Assembly (NCBI GenBank): GCA_002245135.1
Contig: NGBS01001195.1
Location: 1 to 56,572 of the forward strand
DNA: 56,572 bases
DNA from: Proteromonas lacertae
Lineage: Eukaryota
Reading direction: 5' to 3'
Positions 13,546-26,004 of this stretch are shown one piece after another. Under the pieces are notes generated by a model. It made no database searches. It had not been told where the DNA came from and saw only the letters and a list, made by a program, of their open reading frames with translations. How positions within the stretch are numbered: the first letter of the stretch is position 1; each line of letters starts with the position of its first letter. A program made the position numbers and the translations under genes.

Positions 13546-15491
13546 TTATAAACCTGGCTGAGAAGAAGCTCTTGCAAAACATGCATAAATAGAAGAAGAG
13601 ACAGTAATAACACAAGCAGCAATAATGAAGACAGTTCTCCATTGCACTACAGTTGGATGATCTCCAATTATGTTTGATGTAATAATAGGTGATATAATAC
13701 CTGTTACAGTATAATTAAGAAAATTATCAAAATTTCTAAAAAAAGATATGTAATGTTCCAAATGTATTCGACACTCCCATTAAAAGACCAATGTATTTAG
13801 GACTGACATCCATCATGTTTGAATTTAATGAAGAACCAGGAAGACTAGAAGCTGCTACAGCCAATGTCATAAATACAATGCACATTGATAAATCGTGTGT
13901 ATAACCACATAATACTAAAAACACAGCAGATATATAATTTCCTCCACAAATGAATAGTTTTCTAAGAGTTATAATTCTTACGAGTTTATATGTTATAAAT
14001 TTATCTCCTATATAACTAAATATCAATTGAACAAAAGTATAAGCTACATAAGGTATGAATATAATTAAACTAGTCTTGGAGACTGGTAAATCAAACATAC
14101 CATTAATATAAGTTGGTAAATAAGTCATCTACATAAAATCATAAAAATAAAAATAAATAAAATAAAACAATATATATATACGATTGTATAAAACCCCCAA
14201 TTAGTACAGCAATGCATCATAAATCTATATAATATTATTTATATATATATATATATATCTTATACATAACTAATATTCCAGGATTACTAAACATCTTACC
14301 AATAGGAAATGATTGATTAGTTTTTGACACTTTTACTGCATTTTCTATATCAATCACTTTATCTGGACCAATATTAAAATCACTAACTCTTGGATTTCTG
14401 TTATTAAATTCGATTTCTTTGGGTGATTTAATTGATGATGGTGATATTGGTGGTTTATCTTCATTATCATGTGATAATAATCCTTGTTTTTCTTGTTTTG
14501 ATATATTAATTGAACCATCTTCTAGTTTATCATCGGATAGTTCTTTTGATTCTTTTACAATATTACTTTTGTAATGTTTTTTAACCTTTTTATTTTCTTC
14601 TGGAAGATTTGACATCTATTTATACATAATATTAATATATATTAGAAGAATAATATATAATATACTTCAAACTCTTTCAATGAATTCTTAATATACTCCA
14701 ATTCTTCATTACTTATATTTGGATCACTCTCTGGACTATCTTTCACATAAATACAGAATATAACACACCATAATAAATTAACTGCTGAATAGATATAATA
14801 AACACCTCTCCAACCTAAACTTGTATCACAAATTAATCCTGATATTGGCTGACCAAAAGCCAAACCTAATGGAGTTCCAAGATATGCAATTCTATTTCAT
14901 TATAATATCTTCTTTTTATAAATATACGCTGTAAGTATTGTTCTTTCATTTGGTGGAGACCATTTTGATATGATAAAAGATATAGCTGGGCATATCATTG
15001 CATTGAACAAACCAGAGAGAGCATTTAATGTAATTCTATTATCATTAATATGCTTTAATAATACATAATCCATGTATTAGATGCACCAATAGGAACAAAG
15101 AAACATAATAATGCAGATACACTAACCCCTACTACCATTATTTTTGTAATTATTGTTAAGATACCGACAAAACATTTAAAAAATGATATACTCCTCCGTA
15201 TTTCATTGATAATAAACCTCCAACTGTTTGTAAGCAAATGTATCCCCAGAAATAAGAAGAAAGAACATATCCTTTCGTAGACTCTAAATAAAATTACTAT
15301 ATATCAAATACCAGGCCATTTAAACTCTTCTGACATGGGAATTGTAGTTACAGAGAATGATGTTCTCAATAAATACATCTAATCATTGTATATAATTGAA
15401 ATAATACAACAAACAGCCCCATTGCCGTAACTACAGACACAGACAATCGTTTATTTTTCCTAGAATAGAATACATCAAGAAAAAAATACAT
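13546..15491 (-). CDS. MFS transporter, anion:cation symporter (SLC17/sialin-like) family, about 10 introns
   Basis: Spliced motifs: GYVLSSYFWGY..GGLLSMKYGG, KWSPPNERT, GWRGVYY, DSPESDPNISNEELEYI, NMMDVSPKYIGLLMGVSNTFGTLPGIISP, WRTVF. Confidence 0.88.
13704..13749 (-). other. U12-type (minor) intron, AT-AA as assembled, 46 nt
   Basis: Donor ATATCTTTT; branch-like TTTTCTTAAT 10 nt from the 3' end. Removal restores the SLC17 motif TFGTLPGIISP. Confidence 0.8.
15146..15189 (-). other. U12-type (minor) intron, AT-AC, 44 nt
   Basis: Donor ATATCATTT; branch TATCTTAAC 9 nt before the end of the terminal AC. Removal gives KYGGVKIMVVG in frame. Confidence 0.82.
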
Positions 15492-16022
15492 TTTTGATGA
15501 AACGACATAGAAATAAATTTAACAAAACAGAGAAACAAATCATTATTTAAATTAATTGTTAGTTAATCATAAAACTAATTCCACACTTATATCAAAAACA
15601 CTATTACACTTTCAGATAATTGAGCTAATTGAAAATGTTACCTCATTAAACACATTAATTACTACTTATTCAACAACTATTTAAACTTTTAAATACTTCA
15701 CACTAAAATTTAACACATTTTCTTCAAATAACTCACATGAACTATATCAATTTGTTAATACTAATTTAAAATCTATAATGCGATAATTCTTGACTAAAAA
15801 TAGAAAAACACTCAGAGAGAAGATTATATCTCATTTCTTTAATTCGAATATTTAGAATGAACGATTTGGATAATAAGCATCATTGTGTTTTTATAAATAT
15901 AATAACATATACATTATTAGTTTATATGAAGATAATGCTTGCAAATAAATTGAGAAATGATATATAGAATTTGACACCTGTTTGATTTCCTTTTATTGAT
16001 TTAAAAACTAAAGACAGTAGTA

Positions 16023-17279
16023 ATGATATTACTTTATGTAATTATAATGTTATTCAAATTAATATGTACTTTAGAAGAATTAAAATTTGGAAATGGAACT
16101 CATTATTATACAAATTTTGTATATGAAGAATCCTTAGTGAAAGAAAGTGGAAATAATTGGGTTACTATTGAGAATGTTGTTCTAGAGTTTTCTGCTCGCA
16201 ATGGAAAGACTTTGTTTTATATTAATCCCAAAGATATTGATGAAGTATTGAAAATTCATAGCAAGTTGTTTCCACATGCTTTTTATTCTATGTTCATGGA
16301 TATTCCTGTGTTTATAAAGAATTATTATGTTTGGCCAAATGATGAAGGAATATGGTATTACAATTCATTCTGTAATACATTATTTCATAAATGGGATACT
16401 TTTATGTTATATTTAATAGACAATGATAAAAATTACCCTCCAATAAACGAAGTAATATTTGATGGTTATGATAAAAAAGGATTAGATTTTGAAATGCAAA
16501 ATTATTATAATACGATACTAGAAAAGAAATTATCAGGAAGTAAATTCTACTATAAAGAAGAAATGTCACGATTATATCGAAAATACATATACATCTTCTT
16601 TAAAAGAATCCATGTATTCTTTCGAAGTGGTTATAATGGTTTCTTCTTTATAGATCGAAATAAACTATATGAATTTCGAGATTTTGGAATGAATCTAACG
16701 AATGTAAAAAAATATTATATATTGAATGATGAAAAAATAATCAATATATGTTTAATTCAACGAAATAATTCTGTTGTGACAAGAAACATATTAAATCTAA
16801 AAGAAATTTATTCATTATTGAATGATTATAAGAATATGAAGAATGATAAAATAAAAATCGAAATAATCAGTTTTGATTTTCTTAATAGTGTTGAGCAAAT
16901 AAAAGTGATGATGAATAAAGACATAATAATAAGTCCTCATGGAACAGGCTTAGTAAATATGTTATGGATATTACGAAAGAAAGTAACAATAATCGAAGGC
17001 TATTCAATATTTCGAACAGATGCATATTTGAAATTATCAAGTATATTTGGATTTCATCATTTCCCTTTAAGTTCTGTGAAAATATATGATAATTTAAATA
17101 TATACTATGATTTCAAAAATGAAAAGAATATAACATTCTATATCAACAACTTTCCTCAAATTCATCATAACATATTCTCCCACCATCCTATAAGGGCTGC
17201 TAGATCTAGTGCATTTAGATTACATTTGAAGCAAATTATATATTGTATATTCCATTCAATAAACTATATCAATTTATAA
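16023..17279 (+). CDS. Glycosyltransferase family 61 (DUF563-like), copy A
   Basis: N-terminal hydrophobic segment; EQIKVMMNKDIIISPHGTGLVNMLW matches the GT61 HGAGLxN motif; intronless ORF. Confidence 0.8.
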   Translation: MILLYVIIMLFKLICTLEELKFGNGTHYYTNFVYEESLVKESGNNWVTIENVVLEFSARNGKTLFYINPKDIDEVLKIHSKLFPHAFYSMFMDIPVFIKNYYVWPNDEGIWYYNSFCNTLFHKWDTFMLYLIDNDKNYPPINEVIFDGYDKKGLDFEMQNYYNTILEKKLSGSKFYYKEEMSRLYRKYIYIFFKRIHVFFRSGYNGFFFIDRNKLYEFRDFGMNLTNVKKYYILNDEKIINICLIQRNNSVVTRNILNLKEIYSLLNDYKNMKNDKIKIEIISFDFLNSVEQIKVMMNKDIIISPHGTGLVNMLWILRKKVTIIEGYSIFRTDAYLKLSSIFGFHHFPLSSVKIYDNLNIYYDFKNEKNITFYINNFPQIHHNIFSHHPIRAARSSAFRLHLKQIIYCIFHSINYINL

Positions 17280-17387
17280 ATTCAATTTTATTTGTTATTA
17301 TTTTAATTATATTCTTTGATTATGTTGTTTTTTAATTTAATAAATGAATAAAACAGACAATTTCATCATTTTAAATATATAAAAATA

Positions 17388-18641
17388 TTAAATTAAATAG
17401 CTTAATGAATAATAGATACCATACAAAAGTTGTTTCAAATGTAATCTAAATGCACTAGATCTAGCAGCCCTTATAGGATGGTGGGAGAATATGTTATGAT
17501 GAATTTGAGGAAAGTTGTTGATATAGAATGTTATATTCTTTTCATTTTTGAAATCATAGTATATATTTAAATTATCATATATTTTCACAGAACTTAAAGG
17601 GAAATGATGAAATCCAAATATACTTGATAATTTCAAATATGCATCTGTTCGAAATATTGAATAGCCTTCGATTATTGTTACTTTCTTTCGTAATATCCAT
17701 AACATATTTACTAAGCCTGTTCCATGAGGACTTATTATTATGTCTTTATTCATCATCACTTTTATTTGCTCAACACTATTAAGAAAATCAAAACTGATTA
17801 TTTCGATTTTTATTTTATCATTCTTCATATTCTTATAATCATTCAATAATGAATAAATTTCTTTTAGATTTAATATGTTTCTTGTCACAACAGAATTATT
17901 TCGTTGAATTAAACATATATTGATTATTTTTTCATCATTCAATATATAATATTTTTTTACATTCGTTAGATTCATTCCAAAATCTCGAAATTCATATAGT
18001 TTATTTCGATCTATAAAGAAGAAACCATTATAACCACTTCGAAAGAATACATGGATTCTTTTAAAGAAGATGTATATGTATTTTCGATATAATCGTGACA
18101 TTTCTTCTTTATAGTAGAATTTACTTCCTGATAATTTCTTTTCTAGTATCGTATTATAATAATTTTGCATTTCAAAATCTAATCCTTTTTTATCATAACC
18201 ATCAAATATTACTTCGTTTATTGGAGGGTAATTTTTATCATTGTCTATTAAATATAACATAAAAGTATCCCATTTATGAAATAATGTATTACAGAATGAA
18301 TTGTAATACCATATTCCTTCATCATTTGGCCAAACATAATATTGTTCTACAAATAATGGTGCAACCATATAAAATGAATATGTGCTGTGTGGACGAATTT
18401 GATTGTATACTTTCAAAAATTCATCAACATCTTTGGGATTAATATAAAACAAAGTCTTTCCATTGCGAGCAGAAAACTCTAGAACAACATTCTCAATAGT
18501 AACCCAATTATTTCCACTTTCTTTCACTAAGGATTCTTCATATACAAAATTTGTATAATAATGAGTTCCATTTCCAAATTTTAATTCTTCTAAAGTACAT
18601 ATTAATTTGAATAACATTATAATTACATAAAGTAATATCAT
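17388..18641 (-). CDS. Glycosyltransferase family 61, copy B
   Basis: Inverted paralog of copy A with the same motif. Confidence 0.8.
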   Translation of the reverse strand: MILLYVIIMLFKLICTLEELKFGNGTHYYTNFVYEESLVKESGNNWVTIENVVLEFSARNGKTLFYINPKDVDEFLKVYNQIRPHSTYSFYMVAPLFVEQYYVWPNDEGIWYYNSFCNTLFHKWDTFMLYLIDNDKNYPPINEVIFDGYDKKGLDFEMQNYYNTILEKKLSGSKFYYKEEMSRLYRKYIYIFFKRIHVFFRSGYNGFFFIDRNKLYEFRDFGMNLTNVKKYYILNDEKIINICLIQRNNSVVTRNILNLKEIYSLLNDYKNMKNDKIKIEIISFDFLNSVEQIKVMMNKDIIISPHGTGLVNMLWILRKKVTIIEGYSIFRTDAYLKLSSIFGFHHFPLSSVKIYDNLNIYYDFKNEKNITFYINNFPQIHHNIFSHHPIRAARSSAFRLHLKQLLYGIYYSLSYLI

Positions 18642-18824
18642 TATTACTGTCTTCAGTTTTTAAATCAATAAAAGGAAATCAAACAGGTGTCAAATTCTAT
18701 ATATCATTTCTCAATTTATTTGCAAGCATTATCTTCATATAAACTAATAATTAAAGAAAATGAAAAAAATGAAAAAAAGTAATTAAATTAAAATAAATTT
18801 ATATTAAAAACATACACAATAAAT

Positions 18825-19559
18825 TCAATATCTCAATAATTTCAAAATAGGAATAATGTTTTTGTCTATATACTTAACTGCTCTTTCATTTTCAAATTTT
18901 ATACTCAACTGACTAGTAGGATCAGTTCCTATATATTCATTTTTAAAATGACATAAATCATGAGGAATTCTGAAAGAAAACAATCTATTTGATATTTGTG
19001 TGTTAAAATCTGACATATCTTTATAATACATTATCATTGTAATCTATTTGAAATAATAATAACAAATTAATTATACTTGGTTATTATCTACAGGATGAAA
19101 GAATATGTATGTTAATCTATCTTCATAAAAATTGATTTTTGAAGGATATCTACTCTTTAAATTTCCTACAAACAATTCAATTGCTTGAGAAGTAAATTTT
19201 GGTTTTGCTACTGTAGTAGTTATTCCATGTTTGTGTTGGTAATTTCTAATTATCAATAAAAATGTGATTAATACCTTGTAAAAGAGTCTAAATCATTTAC
19301 TATATCGCTTAATCTTGCATGATAGTCTTTTTTCTTCTTTCTATAGCTTCTATAAAATAGTAAGGTAATACGATGTTGTATCATTTGATACAACTTTATT
19401 TTGTTTTGTTGGTTGTACTGGAGGTAATGGTACTACAACTGGTGGTGTAGAAGACTTCTTCGAATTAACTGCTTTATTTGTATTTCTTTTAGTAATATTT
19501 GAATCATACACAGTTTTTACACTTGTAGGATCACTATAATACCCAGTTTGAAAAGGCAT
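18825..19559 (-). CDS. Hypothetical multi-exon protein (start uncertain, possibly about 19679)
   Basis: Three short ORFs linked by short GT-AG introns; no recognisable family. Confidence 0.5.
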
Positions 19560-19758
19560 AGATGAGATAAATACAAATTACCTAAAAAATGACAGTTAGT
19601 GTAATTTACGCTTCTATTGACCATATTTGTTTTTATCAATAACATTTGATAAAGGAGGAGATGGATAGTAAAGATCCATTTAGAGATAATACTTCATTCT
19701 ATCTAGGTATATTTCACTTTTGTATCTTATTCAGATAAAAACTATCAACAATTTAGTG

Positions 19759-21377
19759 ATGGAGTAACAACTCTTGCATCAAAAGTAAAAGCTTTGGAAG
19801 ATGCTTTAGCCGTATACATTATTATATTTTTATCTCTATTTCATTTAGCAAAAAGAAACAGAAATTGCAGCAGAAAGCCAAAAAGCATATGATTCAGGCT
19901 TTAGAGAAGGTAATAAGCAGAATCAAAAATATGTTATTCAATTGAAGAATGCTTTAGAGAAATCAATTTCAATAACAAAAAGAGAAAAACAAAATACGGC
20001 TGATGCAAAGTCACAATACTATGATTTACAATGTGAACATAATAAATTGCTTATAATATCAGAAAATAGCAGAAAAGAAAGGGATGATATCAATGAATCT
20101 CACAATAAGATAATTGAACAGTATAAAACAACAATTGACACTGTATCTAAGCAAGCTCGTATGAGTGAAGATAAGAATAAGGAATTACAGAATATTATTC
20201 AACAACAACAAAGTCAAATCCAAGAAGTATTTATTTTTTTGAATATCTCTATAATGTATAGATGAATCAAACAATTAATGAAACTCAAAAAGAAACAATT
20301 GATGGATTAAAAACTGATAATAAACAACTACAAGATTTAATAAGTAGTTTGAATGATAAAATGGCTCAAAAAGATGAAATATTAAAAGTCAAATTAGATT
20401 ATAATATCATTTTTCATTTTTTTTTCAATTATAATTTTCCTTAATTTACTGTTTTACTATCTAAATTAGAAGAGAAGATAGAAACATATGATGAAAAATT
20501 AAACGAATTACGAGTTCAATATAATGGATGTAAAGAGAATGTTGATAGATTAAACAGTCTATTAGATAGAGATAAGCAAACTATAAATGATTTACAGAAA
20601 GTGAATAATCAATTGGAATTGAGAAATAAGACCTTAAAAGTCCAATTATCAAGTTATACAACAAGTTCAACTATTAATTTAAACCAATCAAAGGTTAATG
20701 CCAATTTGTCAGAAATAATTAATAGAAATCAAGACTTGAGTGATGAAAATACTCAACTAAAGATACAAGTCAACTCATTATCGAATCAGTGTAAGTACTA
20801 TGAGAAGAAATTAGAATTAAGATCATTATCAATGTCACAAATGTCACTAAGTCCTCCACCAAGTCCAGAACGCTTATATACAGATAGAGAATTAATGACA
20901 CAGAATAAAAGTTTACAGCAAATAGTTGCATTGAAATCTGAAGAAAATGACATGTTGAAAAATCAAATTGAAAGATTAAAGAATAGTAATTCTGCTAATA
21001 ATAGTTATATTGGTAATAATACTAGTACTTATAATAATAATAATAATAATATGAGTAATATAACATATCCACAACCTCCAATTTCACCTTATCATGATAA
21101 TAATATCAATAATAATAATTTCTCAACAACAACATCTTCATCCTTGACAAGTAGTTTTAGTAATGACATTGATGATAATAATAATATTCAACAACAACAA
21201 CAACAACAACCAATGAATAATGCAACTCAAAGGAATAGAATGTCTGTTATGAATACTCCTTTACCAAATTCAATGAATAATAATGATTATAATAACGAAG
21301 AAAATAAATCATTTTCGAGTGTATTGAACGATGTTGATAATTTATGTAATGAAGTTAATATGTTAGATGCACTTTAA
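19759..21377 (+). CDS. Coiled-coil protein with an N/Q-rich low-complexity tail
   Basis: Heptad-rich exons joined by two GT-AG introns and one AT-AC intron. Confidence 0.7.
20404..20457 (+). other. U12-type (minor) intron, AT-AC, 54 nt
   Basis: Donor ATATCATTTT; branch TTTTCCTTAAT at 20435-20445; ends TTTTAC. Removal deletes an in-frame TAA and gives KLDYISKLEEKIE. Confidence 0.85.
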
Positions 21378-21509
21378 AGAATTTAATCATTATCATTTGA
21401 TTTATTTATTTTATTTGATGTAAAATTAATTATATAAAAAGTTATTAACGATTTTAAAAAATGTAGAATCAAGCTTTTTCAAACTTAATTGAAAAGAAAT
21501 CTTTAAATT

Positions 21510-21822
21510 ATGCCTTCGTAAGACATTGTATTAATATAATTCATATAGACAACCTATCATTTCTCAATATACCAAAGATCTAACAGGTACAAATGACTGG
21601 AAAGAACGTGGTTTCATATCATACTCACAGATATCAATACAACAAATCTTATCATTTGTAAATAAATTTGGTATAATTTATATACTCATTTTTAGATGCT
21701 TTGGTTTCTGGTAGACTTGATTTAATGGAAAAGCGTTTGTGTTCAATAGAAAGAGATATTGAGTATTTTACATTATTATTTTATTAATATTTAGTTATTT
21801 ACAAGCAAGAACCAAAGAATAA
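21510..21822 (+). CDS. BRK1: BRICK1/HSPC300 subunit of the SCAR/WAVE complex (4 exons, absent from ORF track)
   Basis: Spliced product ..DWKERGFISYSQISIQQILSFVNKFDALVSGRLDLMEKRLCSIERDIDYLQARTKE parallels the BRK1 pattern DW..RE.I..I...I..I..FLN.FD...RSRL..L.EKL..LER.IEY.EAR. Confidence 0.85.
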
Positions 21823-21903
21823 TGTAAATAATTTGTATATTTTTTATAAAAATGTTACATGGGTTTAAATAAACATCATAAACATAAAAAATATTCATTA
21901 TTT

Positions 21904-23612
21904 TTACTCTTTCTTTTGTTTTTTAACATCCTTTTTCTTTTCTTCGTTATTCTACTATAAGTTAGAAAAAAACAATAGAAACTATACTTTTTCACTCTCT
22001 TCCATCTTTCTTTTCTGCTTATTCATTGGAGCTCTTGATTTTGGACCCCAAAACTTCTCAGGATTCGAAGGAAAACGTGTAATATTATCATTTTCTCTAG
22101 CTTTAAAATAAGCAACTAATTCAGGAGATGGATCAAAAGACACTTCCAACTCTGATTCTTTTTCTAAAATCACTTTACCAGATGAACCTTCTTTCAAATT
22201 ACCATGACCATGTAATTTACACCAACATCTAACCACATCCCAAATAACTTCAGGTGGTGCATCTGTTTTCAATGCTAAAGGATTTGCATGTGATTGAGAT
22301 ACTTTATAGTGTAAATTATCTAAAGCAGCATACAAAGCTATAGAAGATGGTGAAGATGTTCTAACTGTATGAACTAATGAATGAACACCATAATATAATG
22401 GGGAATCAATCACTTCTTCAGATAGAGCAGTTAATAAACCAATTAATCTCTTCTGTGTAGGAATAACCCAAGGTTCTGGATGAGTTGCTCTTTCAATAGC
22501 TCTTTTAATGAAATTAATATCACAAATTCTGTCATTCCATACTGGTCCTCCCATTTGGAATGTTTTACCACAATGTTCACAGTGATTATTAATATGTTCA
22601 GTTGTATTGGGCAATATTTTTTTCTCCGTTTTCTTCACTAATGGAACTAATTTATAAGTATCACAACCTGTACATTGATAAACTGTTGATAATTTCATTG
22701 GTAAATAATGTGTTTGTTCTTTAGAAGTATAAACTCTTACAAATAATCGAATATAAAAGTCAATACTAAAACAACCCAATGGTACAATATATTTAGAATA
22801 ATTACTACACTTTCTAGCAATACAAGCTAATACAATTCTTAAAGCCATTTCATGACAATATTCTGTAGATAATGGAATTGAATTATATTTACCAAAACAC
22901 GCTTCTTGATGATTACCACATAATACACCTAAATCTGTACATGTTATACATAATAAACCACCTTCACTGATTGATTGAATCGCTCCATCTAAGAATATAG
23001 TTGGAGAACCATATGGATCAATATCTATAACGTCATATTGGTGTAATAAATCACGAGATTGGTACATTAATAATGTAGCATCACTATATATTATATTATA
23101 TTATATGCTTTTATTATTATACTTATGACTTACTCTAACTCTATTTGGATCAACTTTGTTAAATTCAATATTTCTTTTGATTGATTCCACTGCACTTATT
23201 GAGAGATCATTGGCTATTATATATTTCACATTACCTCTTATTTCTTTAGAGTAACGTATTGATCTTAATCCAGATGCTGATAATGCTTCTAATATGACAA
23301 TTCCTGGATCTGCTAAAGATTCATCACCTACTTTCTTTGCATCTTCACGACGACTTTGTTTAGTTCTTTCATACTTTGCAGGATTTTTCGCTTTTGCTTC
23401 TTCTTCTTCTCTTTCCTTATCTTCGGAAAAGAGTGAGATCATTAAAATTGATAAATCACGATTAAGTACTTGTACCTATAAATCAATTATATTTCAAAAT
23501 TTACATTATTATAGAAAACTGAATGATCTTTTGGGAAGATAATCACAGCTTGACCTTCAGAAATGTAGTCATATCCTTCTGGTGGAGTTACAGTAGGTGG
23601 TTGAGCTGTCAT
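21904..23612 (-). CDS. TRM1: tRNA (guanine26-N2,N2)-dimethyltransferase
   Basis: Motifs [76 protein letters not shown]. Confidence 0.95.
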
Positions 23613-23840
23613 AATTGCTTTTATTCTTTTATTTATTGAGAAAAATGAGATGTGAAAAAATAAAAAAGTTTGATTTTCGAACCAAGTCGAACTCTAAAAC
23701 GTTTCAAATATTTATTTCTTCATTTTTCACAGAATAGAATAAGATATATAAGGAAATTTGTTGTATACAATTATAATATTATTTCTCTTAGTTTAACTAA
23801 TCTTAAATTTGAATTTTTATAGTTATCCTTTAAAAATATA

Positions 23841-24847
23841 ATGGACGGCTTTCCACATCCACCAAAATCATTGGTAAAATATTGTGATCCAGTCCAAGTA
23901 TGTTTATTGAAAATATTATATTTTAGCTTAAAACTTCAGCTGGATTACTTCCTTCAAACTTGACATTTACAGTTCCTGATATAGGCTATAATCTATCTGA
24001 AAAACCAAATGCAAAAATAGATTTGGATTCTCTACTTACACATCTACTTCCACCAAGACAATGGAGTGAATCGTCAGGAGTATGGTTACAGCATGTAAGT
24101 CCATACTTATCAACACGAGAAGATATAATGCGTCTACAGAGTAATTTAGAACAAGAATTAGATGAAAGAGAAGCAAGATATATTCCAATTTGTCCAGTTA
24201 GGGAAGATTTGTTCTCTCAAGCCTATGACGAATTGATTAGACAAGTAGTAATAGAATGTCCAGAAAGGGGAGTGTTATTATACAGAATAAGAGATCAATT
24301 TAGAATGACGATTAGTTGCTATCAAACCTTATATAATAATTCAACTTTATATTCATTACAGAAAAGTGTAGATACTTGGAAATCTATTCCAGCTATTGAA
24401 AGGAAAATCCAAGATTTAGAAAAACGAAGAAATGCATTAAAATGTCAAGTGATAAATCTCCAAAGACAAGTTGAATATTTACAAGAGAAAGAAGAAAGGA
24501 TCACAGAAGAACAACAAGAGAAATATGAGGAAGAAGAAAAAGCACAAAAACAAAAGAATAAACATTTAGATGCAATAGTAAAAGCCAATGAAGGTGCAAC
24601 TGATTTAGGTCAAAAAGAAGATGAAGCTACTAAAGAAGCAAATAAAAAGAAGAATGAAGAAGAGGAGGAAGAAGAAGAAAATCCACAAGAGGATGGTCAA
24701 CAGCCTGAGAATAGTAATAATAATAGTGATAATAATACAAATAATGCAACAGCACCAACAAATGAAAATACCACTACTAAACCAACTGATAGTAACAATA
24801 ATAATAATAATCAAGTAGAAGAGAAGAAGGAAGAAGCTAAAAGTTAG
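23841..24847 (+). CDS. DNALI1: Axonemal inner-arm dynein light chain p28-like protein with an acidic/N-rich tail
   Basis: First exon PPKSLVKYCDPV; LLPPRQW..W.QHVS...TREDI..L..EL.ER.AR...ICPVREDLFSQAYDELIRQV.IECPERGVLL.RIRD. Confidence 0.9.
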
Positions 24848-25140
24848 AAATAATTAATATGTAGTTTGAAAATAATAATAATAATAATTTATGTAATAAT
24901 ATTATATATTCTTATACTGGTATTTGTTAGGTAATTAAATATCTTCAACAATTATATATCTAAAACACTGTAACTAACTAACTCAATTTTAACACAATTC
25001 CCAACATTCAAATACAATAATACAATAATAAAGTTAAGAATATATATGTATAATTATAAAGAAAAATGATTAAACAAAAAGATAATATAAGAGTTTCTAT
25101 AATCTCTATCAGTATATATATATGAGAATGAATGTATTTA

Positions 25141-25713
25141 TTAAACACTAGACATTAGTGTATATGCTTCATCATCACCTAAATCAGCTATTGACATAAA
25201 CGGTAAATCTACTGTGTTTACTAATCCAGCTAATATACGATCAGCTAAATTGTTCTTTTCTACTGACATATAATGACATATATCTCTATATTTACTTCTA
25301 TATGCTTCATCATTGTAACTCAACACCTCAAATAGTGTCTCTTCTATTGATTTAGCAATACTATACAACATGTCATCACTATACATTAAGCTACATCTAC
25401 GTACTTTCAATAATTCATAAAATCTTTGAATCATTTCTTCTCTAGACTCTTCAAAGAACTTTGGACCTAGTTCTAAATATTCTAATTCATCGAGTGGATA
25501 GTCCATTCTGGGAGTAAGTTGGAAGGATGGAACTGATGGAACAGCTTGTAGAGTATTGGGTGATGAACCTACATTATCACTACATTTCATACATCCAAAC
25601 ATTGGAGTAAGTCCTGTCTCTTCATTGCACTGTTGTTGAATTGGTGAAGACCTTATATTATTAGATAAAGGCTTTCTAATGGGGGATATAACGATGTTTA
25701 CAGCAGGATGCAT
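25141..25713 (-). CDS. TFIIS central (M) domain-containing protein
   Basis: IAKSIEETLF....YRSKYRDI....NLADRILAG.V....L..MS..DL pattern. Confidence 0.7.
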   Translation of the reverse strand: MHPAVNIVISPIRKPLSNNIRSSPIQQQCNEETGLTPMFGCMKCSDNVGSSPNTLQAVPSVPSFQLTPRMDYPLDELEYLELGPKFFEESREEMIQRFYELLKVRRCSLMYSDDMLYSIAKSIEETLFEVLSYNDEAYRSKYRDICHYMSVEKNNLADRILAGLVNTVDLPFMSIADLGDDEAYTLMSSV

Positions 25714-26004
25714 TTCTTTTTATCTGTTTTAAACTTTAAATTGTGAAGGAATATTTAAGTGCGTAACTTTTACGTGTTAATTTGATTTAAAGGAAAGTGT
25801 TTTTGTTTAGTTTTTGTGAATATAAGGAATTTGTGCAGAGAATCTTGTGAAATTCTAAACGAAAACAACATAAAGTTTATAACCTTAAATTGTTTCTAAA
25901 TCAATGGTTTCTACTAAAGATAACTGAACATCAAAAAGTCAGGTGATTTATATAAAATACATTAATACACGTGTATTAGCTGTATTTGATATTAAAAATT
26001 CATC

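Larger units (their letters stand above)
15913..18751. repeat. Long inverted duplication: arms 15913-17230 and 17434-18751 (1318 bp each), about 200-bp spacer
   Basis: Reverse-complement identity covers about 110 bp of upstream DNA and most of the CDS, except one divergent island. Confidence 0.95.

Noticed and set aside
15913..18751. Inverted repeat as transposon terminal inverted repeats
   Set aside because: The arms are the GT61 genes themselves; no transposase or target-site duplication is visible.
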